The position numbers and the translations under genes are program-made. The notes below the pieces were generated by a model. The model saw nothing but the letters and a program-made list of their open reading frames with translations. It was not told where the DNA came from and ran no database searches. A stretch of 64,000 nt of DNA from Planctomycetota bacterium (GTDB taxonomy: Bacteria; Planctomycetota; UBA11346), in assembly GCA_038231435.1 (NCBI GenBank), contig JBBRLJ010000002.1, positions 145,896 through 209,895 of the forward strand, written 5' to 3'. Each line of letters starts with the position of its first letter. Position 1 is the stretch's first letter. Shown piece by piece: positions 1 to 10,638 of the stretch.

Positions 1-264
1 GTGGTGCTCAACCTCGATCCCGCTGCCAACAACCACCCTGCGCTCGCGACCACGGCCAGTCACAAGTGGATCCATGGCCTGCGCGGCAAGTTGATCGTCG
101 ACTTCTCGCGCGTGCCGATGATCAATTCCTCGCTCTGCAATTGGCTGGTCAACCTCATGCGCTCGGCCAAGCCCTCGCCGGTGTCGATCATCGGGGCAAA
201 CGCCCGGGTCGCCGAAACCTTGCGGCTGCTGCGCCTCGACACGCTGCTGAGCATCGACAGCTGA
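1..264 (+). CDS. STAS-domain (anti-sigma factor antagonist-like) protein, probably 5'-truncated by the window edge
   Basis: LIVDFSRVPMINSS resembles the STAS DxSxVxxIDS motif; it is followed by the typical 'NARVAETLRLLRLD' helix. Confidence 0.7.
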   Translation: MVLNLDPAANNHPALATTASHKWIHGLRGKLIVDFSRVPMINSSLCNWLVNLMRSAKPSPVSIIGANARVAETLRLLRLDTLLSIDS

Positions 265-672
265 CATCAAGGCTGGCATAGCCAGCTGTGGAGATCCAGC
301 TTCCGGTGGCCGACCGCCCATGAACGGCCAGCCTCCGCCCAGGGTTTCCGTGATTGGGTTCGCCGTTTGCCGCCTGCGGCTAGGCTGACGTGATGACGAC
401 CCACCATGCTTCCGTCAATCGCTCCGACGATAACGCCGCCGACAGCCTGCTCGAAGTACGCAACCTGCAGATCGTGGATGGCACCTGCCACTTCATCACT
501 GACTCGCCGAGCATCGGACAGGGCGACGTCACTCGTATCGTCGATTGCGGATCACGATCCAGCCGTCGCGTGCGTGTGGTCGCCGTCGCCGAATCCCGCC
601 TGACGCACAAGAAGCGGTCGTTCTGCGTCGCCAGGCTGCTCGAGGGATGATGTTCCGCGCGGAGTCGCCCAG

Positions 673-1092
673 TCAGTCCTCGTCGCGCGGCACCGACGAG
701 TTCGGAGGCGCGTTCTTCACGACCTCCCGCAGCAGCTTCACCAGCTTCAGCGGATCGAGATTGCCCTTGTTGACGTAGTCACGGGCACCGAACAGCATCG
801 CCTTGTCGACCTGAGCCTGGTCTTCCCAGCCGCTGAGGATGACGATGGGAGTGTCGTGGGCTTTCTCCTGCACGCGCTCGAACGTCGCGAAGCCCATGCT
901 GTCGGGCAGAAAAAGATCGGTCAGGATCAAGTCGAAGGGCTGTCCTCGGTCGAGCACCGAGATCGCGCGCGCCAGGCGATCGCAGACCGTGATGTCGAGT
1001 TCGAACGGCAGGTTCCGCGGCAGGTATTCCTGCAGCAGGCGGGCATCGCCCGGGTTGTCTTCGATGAGCAGGATTTTCGCGAGCATCGGCAT
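673..1092 (-). CDS. Single-domain response regulator (receiver)
   Basis: ILLIEDN, phospho-acceptor LILTDLFLPD, IVILSG and YVNK motifs. Confidence 0.9.
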   Translation of the reverse strand: MPMLAKILLIEDNPGDARLLQEYLPRNLPFELDITVCDRLARAISVLDRGQPFDLILTDLFLPDSMGFATFERVQEKAHDTPIVILSGWEDQAQVDKAMLFGARDYVNKGNLDPLKLVKLLREVVKNAPPNSSVPRDED

Positions 1093-1178
1093 GTGGCCGT
1101 CATGTTCGGAGCCCCGCCCTGGCTGTCAGTGCCCATCCACCCGGGCCTCCACAGGCTCCCTGGCCTGGGACCGACGGC

Positions 1179-2099
1179 TCAAGGCGGCGTCACCCAGCCG
1201 CCGCCCGGGCGGTTGTAGTCATCCATGGTGTGGACCTGGCCGTATTCGTCGATCGCGATGCTGTCGGGGGACCAGTTGCGGGCCCAGGGCCCGGTGACCG
1301 GCGCGTTGCGCGCGTCGACATGCACCAGGCCGTTCGCATCGCGGAAGGCGGTGCCATGGTAGGACACCAGGGTGCGTCCGCTCGAATCCATGGTGGTGAT
1401 GAGCGCGTCCCGACGCAAGCCATCTCCAGGCGCGATCGCTACGGTGGTGTTGCACTGATAGACCTGCCCACCGGTGGCATAGGTCCAATCAAAGTGCACG
1501 TCGCCGGCATCGGCCTGCGCGACCGGAGCCGCTCGGCCAGGCGCGACCGGGATCGGACGTACCTCGGTGTCGAGCCGCTTGCGCGCGCGCTCCAAGCTCG
1601 GACGCCCGTCGTCGCGCTCATTCCGAGACCGGCGCGTGTTCTGGTCTAAACCCGGGCCGGAATCCGCGCTCGGGGCGGCAATCGGTGATGACCTGTCACC
1701 CGATTGGAAACCAGGTGCGGATCGCGCGCGTTCGTGGCGCGCTTCGGCGGTCCCCAAGGCGGGACCCGCTTCCAGCGCGTCCATGACACCGTACCGCGAA
1801 TCCCCGCCTTCGGTGATCGCCTGCTCAGCTTCGCTGCCAGAGCTCGTGCCATCGCGCGGCATCGCGCTTTCGGCATCCCCTGCTTGGCCCAAGGCGTCCA
1901 GTGCCGCCGATTCCCTTCCCCGGTCCAGGGCGGATAGCGCGGCGCGATGGGCAACGACCATGCTTCCACCACAGCTTGCGATCAGCACCAAGAGGATCGC
2001 CGCGAGCCGCAGGACGGTCCGGCGTGGCCTGGCAAGGCTTGACGTCGGCTCGACGATGTGAGCAGAGCGCGCAGGTGAGGACACGGAGTGGGACGGCAT
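1179..2099 (-). CDS. Hypothetical membrane-anchored protein
   Basis: Hydrophobic segment LAAILLVLIASC, a low-complexity linker and a beta-rich C-terminal domain. The start is uncertain (ORF open to 2255). Confidence 0.55.
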   Translation of the reverse strand: MPSHSVSSPARSAHIVEPTSSLARPRRTVLRLAAILLVLIASCGGSMVVAHRAALSALDRGRESAALDALGQAGDAESAMPRDGTSSGSEAEQAITEGGDSRYGVMDALEAGPALGTAEARHERARSAPGFQSGDRSSPIAAPSADSGPGLDQNTRRSRNERDDGRPSLERARKRLDTEVRPIPVAPGRAAPVAQADAGDVHFDWTYATGGQVYQCNTTVAIAPGDGLRRDALITTMDSSGRTLVSYHGTAFRDANGLVHVDARNAPVTGPWARNWSPDSIAIDEYGQVHTMDDYNRPGGGWVTPP

Positions 2100-2321
2100 C
2101 GCCAGGGAGGATACACCAGGATCAGCCACACGCAGCGGCAGGCCTCCGAGACCACCAGCACGTGTGGCACCGAGACCCCTGGAAACAATCTGGACGCCAC
2201 CGCCGGATGGCGATGGCGTCCATTTGTACCCACTCCATGTGTACCCACTATGCACCCGACGACGCCCACGTCGGACCGGGTGTCTCGTGTCCGGTCAGAC
2301 GGTCTCGCGCGCAGTCCGGCC

Positions 2322-2486
2322 TCAGGCGGTGGCTTGCAGCGGCTTGTCGTCCGGGGTGGAGATCTCGAGCACGCTGTCCCAGTGATGCTGCTGGTAGCCC
2401 TTGCGCAGCGCTTCCTTCAAGGAGGCCGCTTCGATCAGGACCTTGTTGAGCTCGATGCCGCGGGCGTAGATGATCTTGAACGTCAT
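2322..2486 (-). CDS. Small hypothetical protein (54 aa)
   Basis: [31 protein letters not shown]...; GC3-rich codons; fills the gap divergent from the SEC-C gene. Confidence 0.55.
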   Translation of the reverse strand: MTFKIIYARGIELNKVLIEAASLKEALRKGYQQHHWDSVLEISTPDDKPLQATA

Positions 2487-2583
2487 GGCGGAAATGTCGC
2501 GCCCCACAGGCGATTGCCAGCGGAATGCCCACTCCGCAAGGTTCCGGAGTTCCCACGCTTGCGCCGCGCGCCATGCTGCGGCC

Positions 2584-3054
<471 letters not shown>

Positions 3055-3085
3055 TCCCGGACGATGCGCGCCGGGCCCTCGCGTT

Positions 3086-3811
3086 TCAAAACCAGTACGA
3101 GATGCCGCCCACCGGCCCATGGAACGCGGGACATCCCGACTGCCACAGGAATCCGGCGCGTAGCTCGAGCGCGCGCAGCATATAGCCAGCTCCGACCTCG
3201 CCTGCCGCGACGGGCCTGGCGCCCACCGATCCGATGTCGGCTTCGATATCGAGGATCCATGGAGCGCGCGGAAACCAGGCGATCGCCAGCGAGCCGGCCG
3301 GACCGATGCCGGGACTCGACCCGATCGTCGACCAACGCGCGCCGAGGCCGATGCGCGTGAGCGCGCGCGGTCCTTGCAGCAGACGGTAGGTTCCCGTCGC
3401 CAATCCCGACACGCCGGAGTCGTCGCGACTCGTCGCCTGGGATGCGCGCACGCGCACCATCGCGCCAAAGCGGAAGGTGGAATCCAGATCGGCTTCGGTA
3501 GAACCGAGGGTGGTGCGGTCGTCGCGGCCGACCGCGGCGCCGATCCGGCCTCCCCACAGCCGGAAGCGCCGATCATCGCGGAAGAACGGGACCACCCGCA
3601 GGTATCCGGGATGCCCGTCGCGGTACGGCCAGCGCGGGAAGAGCGCGATCATCAGCTGGTCGCGCAACCGTCGGAGCGGACCGAACCAGCGCAGAGCGGG
3701 CGCGTCCAACGCCGCCCACGCGGCGTCCAGGGGCGCGTGGCGGGCTTCCGCGGCGGAACCGATGGATTGGCCGAGCACCGCGCAACAGATCGTCGACACC
3801 ACCACGCGCAT
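3086..3811 (-). CDS. Putative outer-membrane beta-barrel protein
   Basis: Signal-peptide-like N-terminus, amphipathic beta segments and a terminal GISYWF (C-terminal Phe). The start is uncertain. Confidence 0.5.
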   Translation of the reverse strand: MRVVVSTICCAVLGQSIGSAAEARHAPLDAAWAALDAPALRWFGPLRRLRDQLMIALFPRWPYRDGHPGYLRVVPFFRDDRRFRLWGGRIGAAVGRDDRTTLGSTEADLDSTFRFGAMVRVRASQATSRDDSGVSGLATGTYRLLQGPRALTRIGLGARWSTIGSSPGIGPAGSLAIAWFPRAPWILDIEADIGSVGARPVAAGEVGAGYMLRALELRAGFLWQSGCPAFHGPVGGISYWF

Positions 3812-3945
3812 CGCCGCAGCCTCGGCCATGGCGCGAGCGCACAACCCGCTCTGCGGAAGGGTTTGCACACGCTCTCGCTGCGAACCCCGCGCGGGGGATG
3901 GACCGCCCGCCCGGCAGCGTGTACACCTTCTCCGGGAGTCGGCTG

Positions 3946-5451
3946 ATGGCGGTGGCAGGAACGATCCTGGTGGTTGACGATCGTCTCAAGAGCGCCGCCT
4001 CGTTGCGGGCGTGGCTGGGATCCGATTCCCCGGTGACGGTATCGGCCACCTACGCCGAGGCCGCGGACACCGTCGCGTACCTGCATCTCGCCGGCTCGCC
4101 GCTCCCCGCCCTGGTCATCGGGCCGCTAGCGAAAGATGGGGTCGCGTTCCTGGCCGATCTGCGCGGTCAGGGCATCGACATCCCAACCGCGTTCTACACC
4201 GAGACCAGATCGCGGGACCAGGATGCCGCGCTCGCGCGCCAGTACTCGTTGGTGGCGATCCTGCACAAGCCGTTTGCGGAAGAGGACCGTGCCGGCATCT
4301 TCGGTGCGATCCCTGCTGCCGATGCCATGTCGAACCTCAGCGGCGGTCGGGTCGTCGCCGCCGAAGAGCCGCGGCGCGACGAGCCGCATCAGCCCGTCGT
4401 CTCACCGGCGCATCAGCGCGACGTCCTCGACGATCTCATCGGTGGCAACCGCACCTCGTCGGTGAAGGAAGGCATGCCGCAGCCGTCGCGGCCGAAACTG
4501 CGCGCGGACGAGCTGCCGAGCGGAGTGCAGCGCCTGCTGTTCGATCCGATGGCCGGCGCGGGAGGCGCCGATGAACACAAGCAGGCCGAGCAGAAGCCGA
4601 TCGAGGCGCGCGCGGTGACGATGCTCGTGGTCGATGACAGCTTCGGCAGCGCGCGCATGCTGGCGGAGCGCCTTGGCGCGCCCGGCCAGACCTGCAAGGC
4701 GGTGCCGTCGTACGCCGACGCCTTCGCGCAGCTCGAGCGCCTGATGATGGGCACCCTCGGTTGCGAGCTGCTGTTCGGCCCCCTGTCCGCCGAAGGCGTC
4801 ACCGCGATCCGCGAGTACCGCAAACGCGGCTGGCAGATGCACGTGGTGTTCTTCACCGAATCGGCCTCGCAGTCCCAGGATCCACGCCTCGCGGCGCAGT
4901 ATGGCTGCCTGGCAATCGTGCGTCGCGCGGGCATGGTCGAACCGCTCGAACGGCTGGTCGCCGACGTCCGCGGCAAACCGCGGCAGGCGGCCGCGCTGCC
5001 GCTCGACAGCGCCGCGAAGAGCGCGTCGAGCCGCTTGAACACGCCGCTTGTGGGCCAGCTAGGCTCGGCGCCGCCAGCACGGGAGGCGACTCCTCAGGGC
5101 AAGAGCGAGTCGTCCCCGGTTCCGCACAACGCGCCTGGCACCTCGCGCCTGAGCGCCGGAACCGGCAACACTCCGGTCGCGGCCGATCAGCGAGCGAGCG
5201 CGCTGTCGTCGCGAGTCAGGCGTTCGATCGGCTCGCTGCCGCCAGTGTCCTCGCCTCCCTCAGGCGCGGCGTCGCCGCCTTCAGGTGGAGCGCCGCCTCC
5301 GCTGCAGATCGACGTGCCGGGCGACGTGCCCTCGGGTCACGAACGGGTGATGGCCTGCTTCCGCTGCAAGCGCGAATTCGTCGCCAGGTTCACGTCGTTG
5401 CCGGCAAAAGCCGTGTGCGATCACTGCGGGGCGCCCAACGCGCTGAAATGA
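3946..5451 (+). CDS. Tandem pseudo-receiver domain protein with C-terminal zinc ribbon
   Basis: Two ILVVDD/MLVVDD receiver-like repeats and a terminal CFRC...CDHC. Confidence 0.7.
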   Translation: MAVAGTILVVDDRLKSAASLRAWLGSDSPVTVSATYAEAADTVAYLHLAGSPLPALVIGPLAKDGVAFLADLRGQGIDIPTAFYTETRSRDQDAALARQYSLVAILHKPFAEEDRAGIFGAIPAADAMSNLSGGRVVAAEEPRRDEPHQPVVSPAHQRDVLDDLIGGNRTSSVKEGMPQPSRPKLRADELPSGVQRLLFDPMAGAGGADEHKQAEQKPIEARAVTMLVVDDSFGSARMLAERLGAPGQTCKAVPSYADAFAQLERLMMGTLGCELLFGPLSAEGVTAIREYRKRGWQMHVVFFTESASQSQDPRLAAQYGCLAIVRRAGMVEPLERLVADVRGKPRQAAALPLDSAAKSASSRLNTPLVGQLGSAPPAREATPQGKSESSPVPHNAPGTSRLSAGTGNTPVAADQRASALSSRVRRSIGSLPPVSSPPSGAASPPSGGAPPPLQIDVPGDVPSGHERVMACFRCKREFVARFTSLPAKAVCDHCGAPNALK

Positions 5452-5467
5452 ATCAGCGCTGCCCCCG

Positions 5468-6556
5468 TCAGGGCCTGACGATCATCACGCCCAACGGGGT
5501 GATGTCCGGATCGTGGATCGCCGCGGAACCATCGAGCAGCGTCGCCACGTCCTTGTGGCCCATGGTGAGCGCGCGCGCGAGCGCCGTGGCTCCGACCTCA
5601 TCGGTGACCGTGGCGTCGGCGCCGCGGTTCATCAGCACCTCGACGATGCCGCGGTGGCCGTAATCGGCGGCGAGCATCAGCGGAGTACGGCCCTCGCGGT
5701 TGCGCGCGTTGATCGACGCCTTGCAGCGGATCAGTTCCGCGGCTAAATCGACATGGCCGCCGAGCGCGGCCCAATGCAGTGGCGACATGCCTTGCTGGTC
5801 GCGCATGTTGACCAGCACACGGCGCTGCATCAGCAGATGGAAGAAGCGGCGGTCCGCGCGTTGCACGCTGATCGCCAGGGCCGTCCAGCCCGAGGAATCG
5901 GAGGCATCGACCTCGGCGCCATTCTCGATCAGCGTGATCGCCACGTCGATGCGGCCCGCCAGGGCGGCGAGGTGCAATGGCGTGCGCTCGCGCGAGTCGC
6001 GGGCGTTGACCTCGGCGCCGGCGCGCAGCAGCAGCTTGACGATGGCGAGATTGCCGTTCGCCGCGGCGTGGTGGAGCGGCCCGGTGGCTGCGTCGCGGGG
6101 GTCGGGGTCGGCGCCCTTGGCGATGAGCAGCGCCGCGGCGAACTGTCGGCCATGCGCCGCCGCCCAGTGCATCGGAGTCTCTCCGCTGCGCGACTCGATG
6201 GCCTCGAGATCGGCTCCTGCCGCGATCAACGCCTCCATGGTCTCGACATGCCCGTGCGCGGTGGCGAGGTGCAGCGGCGTGGCGCCGATGGTGTCGCGCG
6301 CGTCGATGCGCGCGCCGCGCTGGATCAGCAGTTCGACCATCGCGCGGCGGTTGGCCACCGCGGCAGCGTGCAACAGGCTCCAGCCGCGCTGATTGGTGCG
6401 GTGCACGTAGGTGGGATGGCTCGTGAGCACGAATGTCAGGGTCTCCCCGGCTCCAGCCTCTATGTGGTCGAGGCAGGCCTGGAAGATGATGTCCATGACC
6501 GGCTGGTGCGACGGTCGGGGCGTATGCGGCGATGACGGGGTCGCGGTAGCCGGCAT
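5468..6556 (-). CDS. Ankyrin repeat protein
   Basis: About nine GxTPLHxAA-type repeats. Confidence 0.95.
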   Translation of the reverse strand: MPATATPSSPHTPRPSHQPVMDIIFQACLDHIEAGAGETLTFVLTSHPTYVHRTNQRGWSLLHAAAVANRRAMVELLIQRGARIDARDTIGATPLHLATAHGHVETMEALIAAGADLEAIESRSGETPMHWAAAHGRQFAAALLIAKGADPDPRDAATGPLHHAAANGNLAIVKLLLRAGAEVNARDSRERTPLHLAALAGRIDVAITLIENGAEVDASDSSGWTALAISVQRADRRFFHLLMQRRVLVNMRDQQGMSPLHWAALGGHVDLAAELIRCKASINARNREGRTPLMLAADYGHRGIVEVLMNRGADATVTDEVGATALARALTMGHKDVATLLDGSAAIHDPDITPLGVMIVRP

Positions 6557-6561
6557 GCGAA

Positions 6562-6590
6562 ACTATACCCCATTCAAGGCCCGCCGTCAA
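6562..6590 (-). promoter_or_regulatory. Sigma70-type promoter of the ankyrin gene (probably leaderless)
   Basis: On the minus strand, TTGACG-N17-TATAGT ends 5 nt before the ATG at 6556. Confidence 0.7.
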
Positions 6591-6653
6591 AATGACGCGC
6601 CATGCAACACGCCTGTTTTTTTCTAAGGTATTATCAAAACTAAACTTATAAAA

Positions 6654-7190
6654 TCACGCCGTGGGCTCCGCGGTCTGATCCGCAGCCTTTGCGGGCGCGA
6701 CGACGGCCTGCGAGGCAGGGCCGTCGCCGGTGAGGTCGAGTCCGCACGAGGTGCAAAAATGGAGATCGGCCAAGCCCTTCCCCTCGAAGCTCAGCGCCCC
6801 GTGGCAGGCGTGGCAGCTGGTATCGTGTTCGCCGAATTCGGCTCGGCACCAGGGACAGTGCTGCTTGAAACCGATCAGGTGGCCGTGGCACTTCGGGCAG
6901 ATCTCGGAGCGGCCCTGCTTCACGAAGAAGTGCACGGCCAGCGACGCCGCCACCACCCAACCCAGGAGCCACGGCCACAGCATGGCGTCGGTGCCCTTGA
7001 GCTGGACGATGATCGCGACGGTATCGACCACCACCACCACGGCGAAGACGATGGCGAGCACGAAGCAGGTCTTATGCGCGCGCCGATTGGCGAGGAATTT
7101 CCGCCGGTAGCGCTCCGCCTGGGCCTCGCTCAGCGGAGCGGCCGCCTGGGCTTTCGCCGTTCTCGACGTGATTGGTCGCGCTCGCCTCAT
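6654..7190 (-). CDS. Two-TM membrane protein with double zinc ribbon
   Basis: Two hydrophobic helices followed by CPKC, CPWC, CHAC and CTSC. Confidence 0.75.
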   Translation of the reverse strand: MRRARPITSRTAKAQAAAPLSEAQAERYRRKFLANRRAHKTCFVLAIVFAVVVVVDTVAIIVQLKGTDAMLWPWLLGWVVAASLAVHFFVKQGRSEICPKCHGHLIGFKQHCPWCRAEFGEHDTSCHACHGALSFEGKGLADLHFCTSCGLDLTGDGPASQAVVAPAKAADQTAEPTA

Positions 7191-7293
7191 GGTACCCCCT
7201 GTCCTGCCGTCACCGTGGCAGGCTAGCGGAATCCGATGTCGGGGGCACCGCCACCTCGGATTGCACTGCGAGGATGTGTTACTGGGTCGGCGG

Positions 7294-7330
7294 GAGCCTG
7301 AGACGCGTTAGACCGAGCCTGAGACGCGTT
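7294..7330. repeat. 16-bp direct repeat, period 21
   Basis: GAGCCTGAGACGCGTT at 7294-7309 and 7315-7330. Confidence 0.85.
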
Positions 7331-8025
7331 CAGGGCGCTGGAGCTGGAGCTGGAGCCGGAGCCGGAGCCGCTGGATCCGCGGGTTTTTCCGTGGATGGAG
7401 CAGCGGGCTCGGCGGGAGCGTTCTTCAGCGCCTCGAGCTTGGCCTTCGACTGGTCGAGATCCTTGGCCGCCTCGTCGCGCTTCTTGTTCAGTTCGTCCTT
7501 CTTCTTGTCCATCGACTTGCGATCGCGCTCGAGCGCAGCGAGATGCTGCTTGCCGACAGCGGCCTCGGAGTCGGAGCTCGCGGCCATGCGCTTGGTCTTC
7601 TGGTATTCCTTCTGCGCGTCCTCTTGCGCCTTCACCGACTCGGAGCTCGCGCCGCCGGTGTTGTTGGCGTTGTTGCGGTTCGCCTCGTATTCCTTCTGCA
7701 CGCGCGCGTCGGCGGCTTCCATCGCCGCCTTGGCCTGGGTGAGGCGATCCTTGGCGCCTTCGATGTCCGCGACGTCGCTCTTGGTCTTCTCGATGTCCTT
7801 GTCGAGCTTGGTGGCCTTGGTCTCGTTGTCGGTGATCGCCTTGTCGAGGCGCTCGAGCTCCTTGGTCTTCGACGCAACCTCGGACTCGGCCGCCTTCAGC
7901 GTCTTGTCGTGCTGAGCCTGGACCTTGCGCGCATCGGCGTCGGGTGAGGCCTCGGCCGCATAGCCATTGCCGCTGGCGAGCAGGGCGAGGACGACGGCCG
8001 ACAGGATCAAGACGCGTGGGGACAT
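7330..8025 (-). CDS. Secreted coiled-coil protein
   Basis: Signal peptide (…GYA-AE), K/E/A-rich heptads, a PA-repeat tail and GGAG upstream. Confidence 0.8.
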   Translation of the reverse strand: MSPRVLILSAVVLALLASGNGYAAEASPDADARKVQAQHDKTLKAAESEVASKTKELERLDKAITDNETKATKLDKDIEKTKSDVADIEGAKDRLTQAKAAMEAADARVQKEYEANRNNANNTGGASSESVKAQEDAQKEYQKTKRMAASSDSEAAVGKQHLAALERDRKSMDKKKDELNKKRDEAAKDLDQSKAKLEALKNAPAEPAAPSTEKPADPAAPAPAPAPAPAP

Positions 8026-8177
8026 GGCGGTTCTCCGGGAGCGCGGATTTTCCCGTCATCCGACCGCCTGCAAGAGAATTGGCCGAGGAGCGTGAGCAGC
8101 GCGGACGGCGGGCATCGCTGCGAGCATGGGACGCCATGGCCTAGCCATGCCATGCCTAGGACATGCCTCGGACGTGC

Positions 8178-10502
8178 CTACGGCACCACCACCGGCTCGG
8201 AACCCGGAGTGGGGGCATCCCTGGGGGCGGGCGCCACCGCGCCGCCGGCCGCGGCCGCGGCCGCGCCGCTCTCGATGTCCGGGGCAGCGACCTCTGGGGG
8301 AGCGACCTCGGCGGGCGCGTGCGGCTCGACGGCGGGTTCACCCTCCGCGGGACGATCGGGCTCGGGGTCCTGGGGCGTCGGAGTCGCATCGCCTGCGGCG
8401 CCCTCGGCGCCCGCAGGCTGGCGCGCGACGAACTCCTTGCCTCGCGCGGAGCGGGGAGCGCTCACCGCGGCGAGCAGGTCGGGCGAGCTGGCGATGCGTT
8501 CGAGGGCGAAGTAGCGCGGGCCGCCGGCATAAGCCAGCGAGACCTCGTGCGCATGCGTCCCGCTCTGGCAACGCAGGGCGACGGCTCCCGAAGTGGTCGA
8601 ATCGGCCAGCGCCTGGTCGACGCTCGCGACGCTCATCGGCTTGCCGCCGATGCGCGTCACGCGCATGCCCGGAGCGAGCCGCGCCCGGTCGGCGGGGCTT
8701 CCGGGGAGCACCTGCTTGATCACGCCCTTCTGCAGCACCAGGCCGAGCGACCAGCTCTCGTCCAGGTACTGGTACCTGGTGGCGTAGGTCGCCATGGGTT
8801 CGCCGCGTTCGCCAGCGAAGCGCACCCGCCATCCGCAGCGCTCGAAACCGGCGAAGCTCAGCGCGATCGAAGTGCCCAGCATGCGCTCGTCGATCAGCGC
8901 GCGCCAATCGTGCGGCTGGATCGCCTGCAACGCCGCGACGATGTCGTCGACTCCATACGGCTTCGGCTTGGCCGATCCCCCCGCATTTCCGCCTTCGAAG
9001 CCCTCGACGCGAAAGAACTCGCGGCAGAAGTCATCGAGGCTCCTGGCTCCGTTGGACTCGGAGCGGATGATGCCGTCGATCTCGAGCCACATGAGCATGC
9101 CTTCGAGGTAGTAGTCCTGGTCGCGGCGCAGCTGGCCCCAGTGCGCGCTCGGCCCGCGCAGCTGCCAGTTGGCGATGGCGGTGTCGTCGACCGAGCGCCA
9201 GTCGCGTCCGGTGTGCAGCGCGAGCTCCTGCGCCTCGGCCTGCAGGCGTTCGACGAAACCGCTGTCGGTGCCGAGCTGCGCACGCGAGGCCATGATCTCG
9301 CCCAGGTACATGTCGAGCCCCTCGTACACCCACAACAGATGGGTTCGCTCGGGGGTGTGGAAATCCCGAGTGTACATGCCGGCCGGTCGCCGGTACTTCC
9401 CGCACCAGGCGTGGCAGAATTCGTGCGCCATCTGCTCGGCGATCGCTGGCGGATTCACGAGCGCGCCGCGCTGGAAGGTGTTCAGGCTGCACGACTCGTG
9501 CTCGAGACCGGTCGGCTCCGCCACCTCGCTGGCCACGGCCAGCAGATGGTAGGTCTGGAAGGGCGTCGGCCCGGGAAACTGCTCGTGCACCTCGTCTGCG
9601 AGACGCGCGAACGAGGCCTGCGCCTCGGCATCGAGCGTCACGCCGGTCTCGTCCTCGGCCAGCGCGTCCAGCTCGAGCCGCAGCGGGACCCCGTGATCGG
9701 GCACCGACGAGACGTCGTAGCGCGCCAGATGCTCGCCGGCGATCAGTGGCGCGTCGATCAGCTCGCGCAGGCTGACCTCGTGCCCGCTGAACGTGTCTCC
9801 CTCCGCCGCCTGGGCGGGGTCGTTCGGGGCTTCGGCTTCCATGGCGCCCAGCTCCAGCGCGCTGGCCTGCTTCCAGCCGCTGGGCAGGCGGATGCGGGGC
9901 TCCACCAGCACGGTGTCCTCGTCCGGCCCTTCCGGATAGAGCAGGCAGGTGTTCCAGCTGATCACTCCGAGCGAGCCGTCGCCGGCGCTATCGATGCCCT
10001 TGGAGTTCTCGCTCGGCTGATTGCAGATGTAGTCGATGCTCGCCACCAGGCGATCGGCGCCCGCGGGGACGGTGACTCCGAAGCGGTTCAGCTCGACATC
10101 GTCGCGGCGCCACGCCAAGCGTTCGCCGGTCGGCAGCGTGAAGCGCAGTCCGCCGAGATTCTCGACCGGCCCGCACGGCGCATGGGTTCCGGGCATCCAC
10201 TTCGGGAACCACAGCCAGACCAGACCGGGAGTGACGGGAATGGTTTCCCGTGCATGCAGGAGGCCGCGCGCCAGATCGGTGGCATCGACCACCAGCGTGA
10301 GGCGTACCGGCTTGGGCGCGGTGCCCGGCGTGGCGGCGGCAGAGGCGGTGGTCGGAATCTGCTGCCCGGAGGACGAGCTCGACGCCGCTGCCGGATCGGA
10401 TCGCCCGCCGCAACCGGCGAAGGCGATCAGCACCGCGGGTGTCGCCCAGCACGCCAGCGTGAAGCCCATGATCGGACGAGGATAGCGGCTGGTGGTGGTC
10501 AT
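8178..10502 (-). CDS. M61-family (glycyl aminopeptidase-like) metallopeptidase with PDZ domain, putative lipoprotein
   Basis: PKWMPG, GLEH, HEFCHAW (HExxH), LWVYEG and the PDZ motif GSPADRA; lipobox-like FAGC. Confidence 0.85.
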   Translation of the reverse strand: MTTTSRYPRPIMGFTLACWATPAVLIAFAGCGGRSDPAAASSSSSGQQIPTTASAAATPGTAPKPVRLTLVVDATDLARGLLHARETIPVTPGLVWLWFPKWMPGTHAPCGPVENLGGLRFTLPTGERLAWRRDDVELNRFGVTVPAGADRLVASIDYICNQPSENSKGIDSAGDGSLGVISWNTCLLYPEGPDEDTVLVEPRIRLPSGWKQASALELGAMEAEAPNDPAQAAEGDTFSGHEVSLRELIDAPLIAGEHLARYDVSSVPDHGVPLRLELDALAEDETGVTLDAEAQASFARLADEVHEQFPGPTPFQTYHLLAVASEVAEPTGLEHESCSLNTFQRGALVNPPAIAEQMAHEFCHAWCGKYRRPAGMYTRDFHTPERTHLLWVYEGLDMYLGEIMASRAQLGTDSGFVERLQAEAQELALHTGRDWRSVDDTAIANWQLRGPSAHWGQLRRDQDYYLEGMLMWLEIDGIIRSESNGARSLDDFCREFFRVEGFEGGNAGGSAKPKPYGVDDIVAALQAIQPHDWRALIDERMLGTSIALSFAGFERCGWRVRFAGERGEPMATYATRYQYLDESWSLGLVLQKGVIKQVLPGSPADRARLAPGMRVTRIGGKPMSVASVDQALADSTTSGAVALRCQSGTHAHEVSLAYAGGPRYFALERIASSPDLLAAVSAPRSARGKEFVARQPAGAEGAAGDATPTPQDPEPDRPAEGEPAVEPHAPAEVAPPEVAAPDIESGAAAAAAGGAVAPAPRDAPTPGSEPVVVP

Positions 10503-10638
10503 ATGGTGAGCTTGTAGTCGCCACCCCCGTGCCCGCCATCTCCAAGCATTGCCAGGCCAGCCGAGCCAGCATTGCCCACATCCGCTGCTCGACGGGTGGA
10601 CACGAGCCTTTTCGGGCGCACCGCTACCATCCGCGCCC

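Noticed and set aside
390..650. 86-aa ORF
   Set aside because: It has a GTG start, no recognisable motif and competing overlapping frames, so it cannot be supported as a gene.
7333..7372. Short GGAGC(T/C) and similar repeats inside CDSs (also KGD repeats at about 43410-43520)
   Set aside because: They are explained by Pro-Ala and Lys-Gly-Asp low-complexity protein linkers.
8163..10517. Long antisense or alternate-frame ORFs (also 34677-37160, 45742-48021, 51443-53749, 55639-57642)
   Set aside because: These are shadow ORFs expected opposite real genes in high-GC3 DNA; the opposite strand carries clear family motifs.
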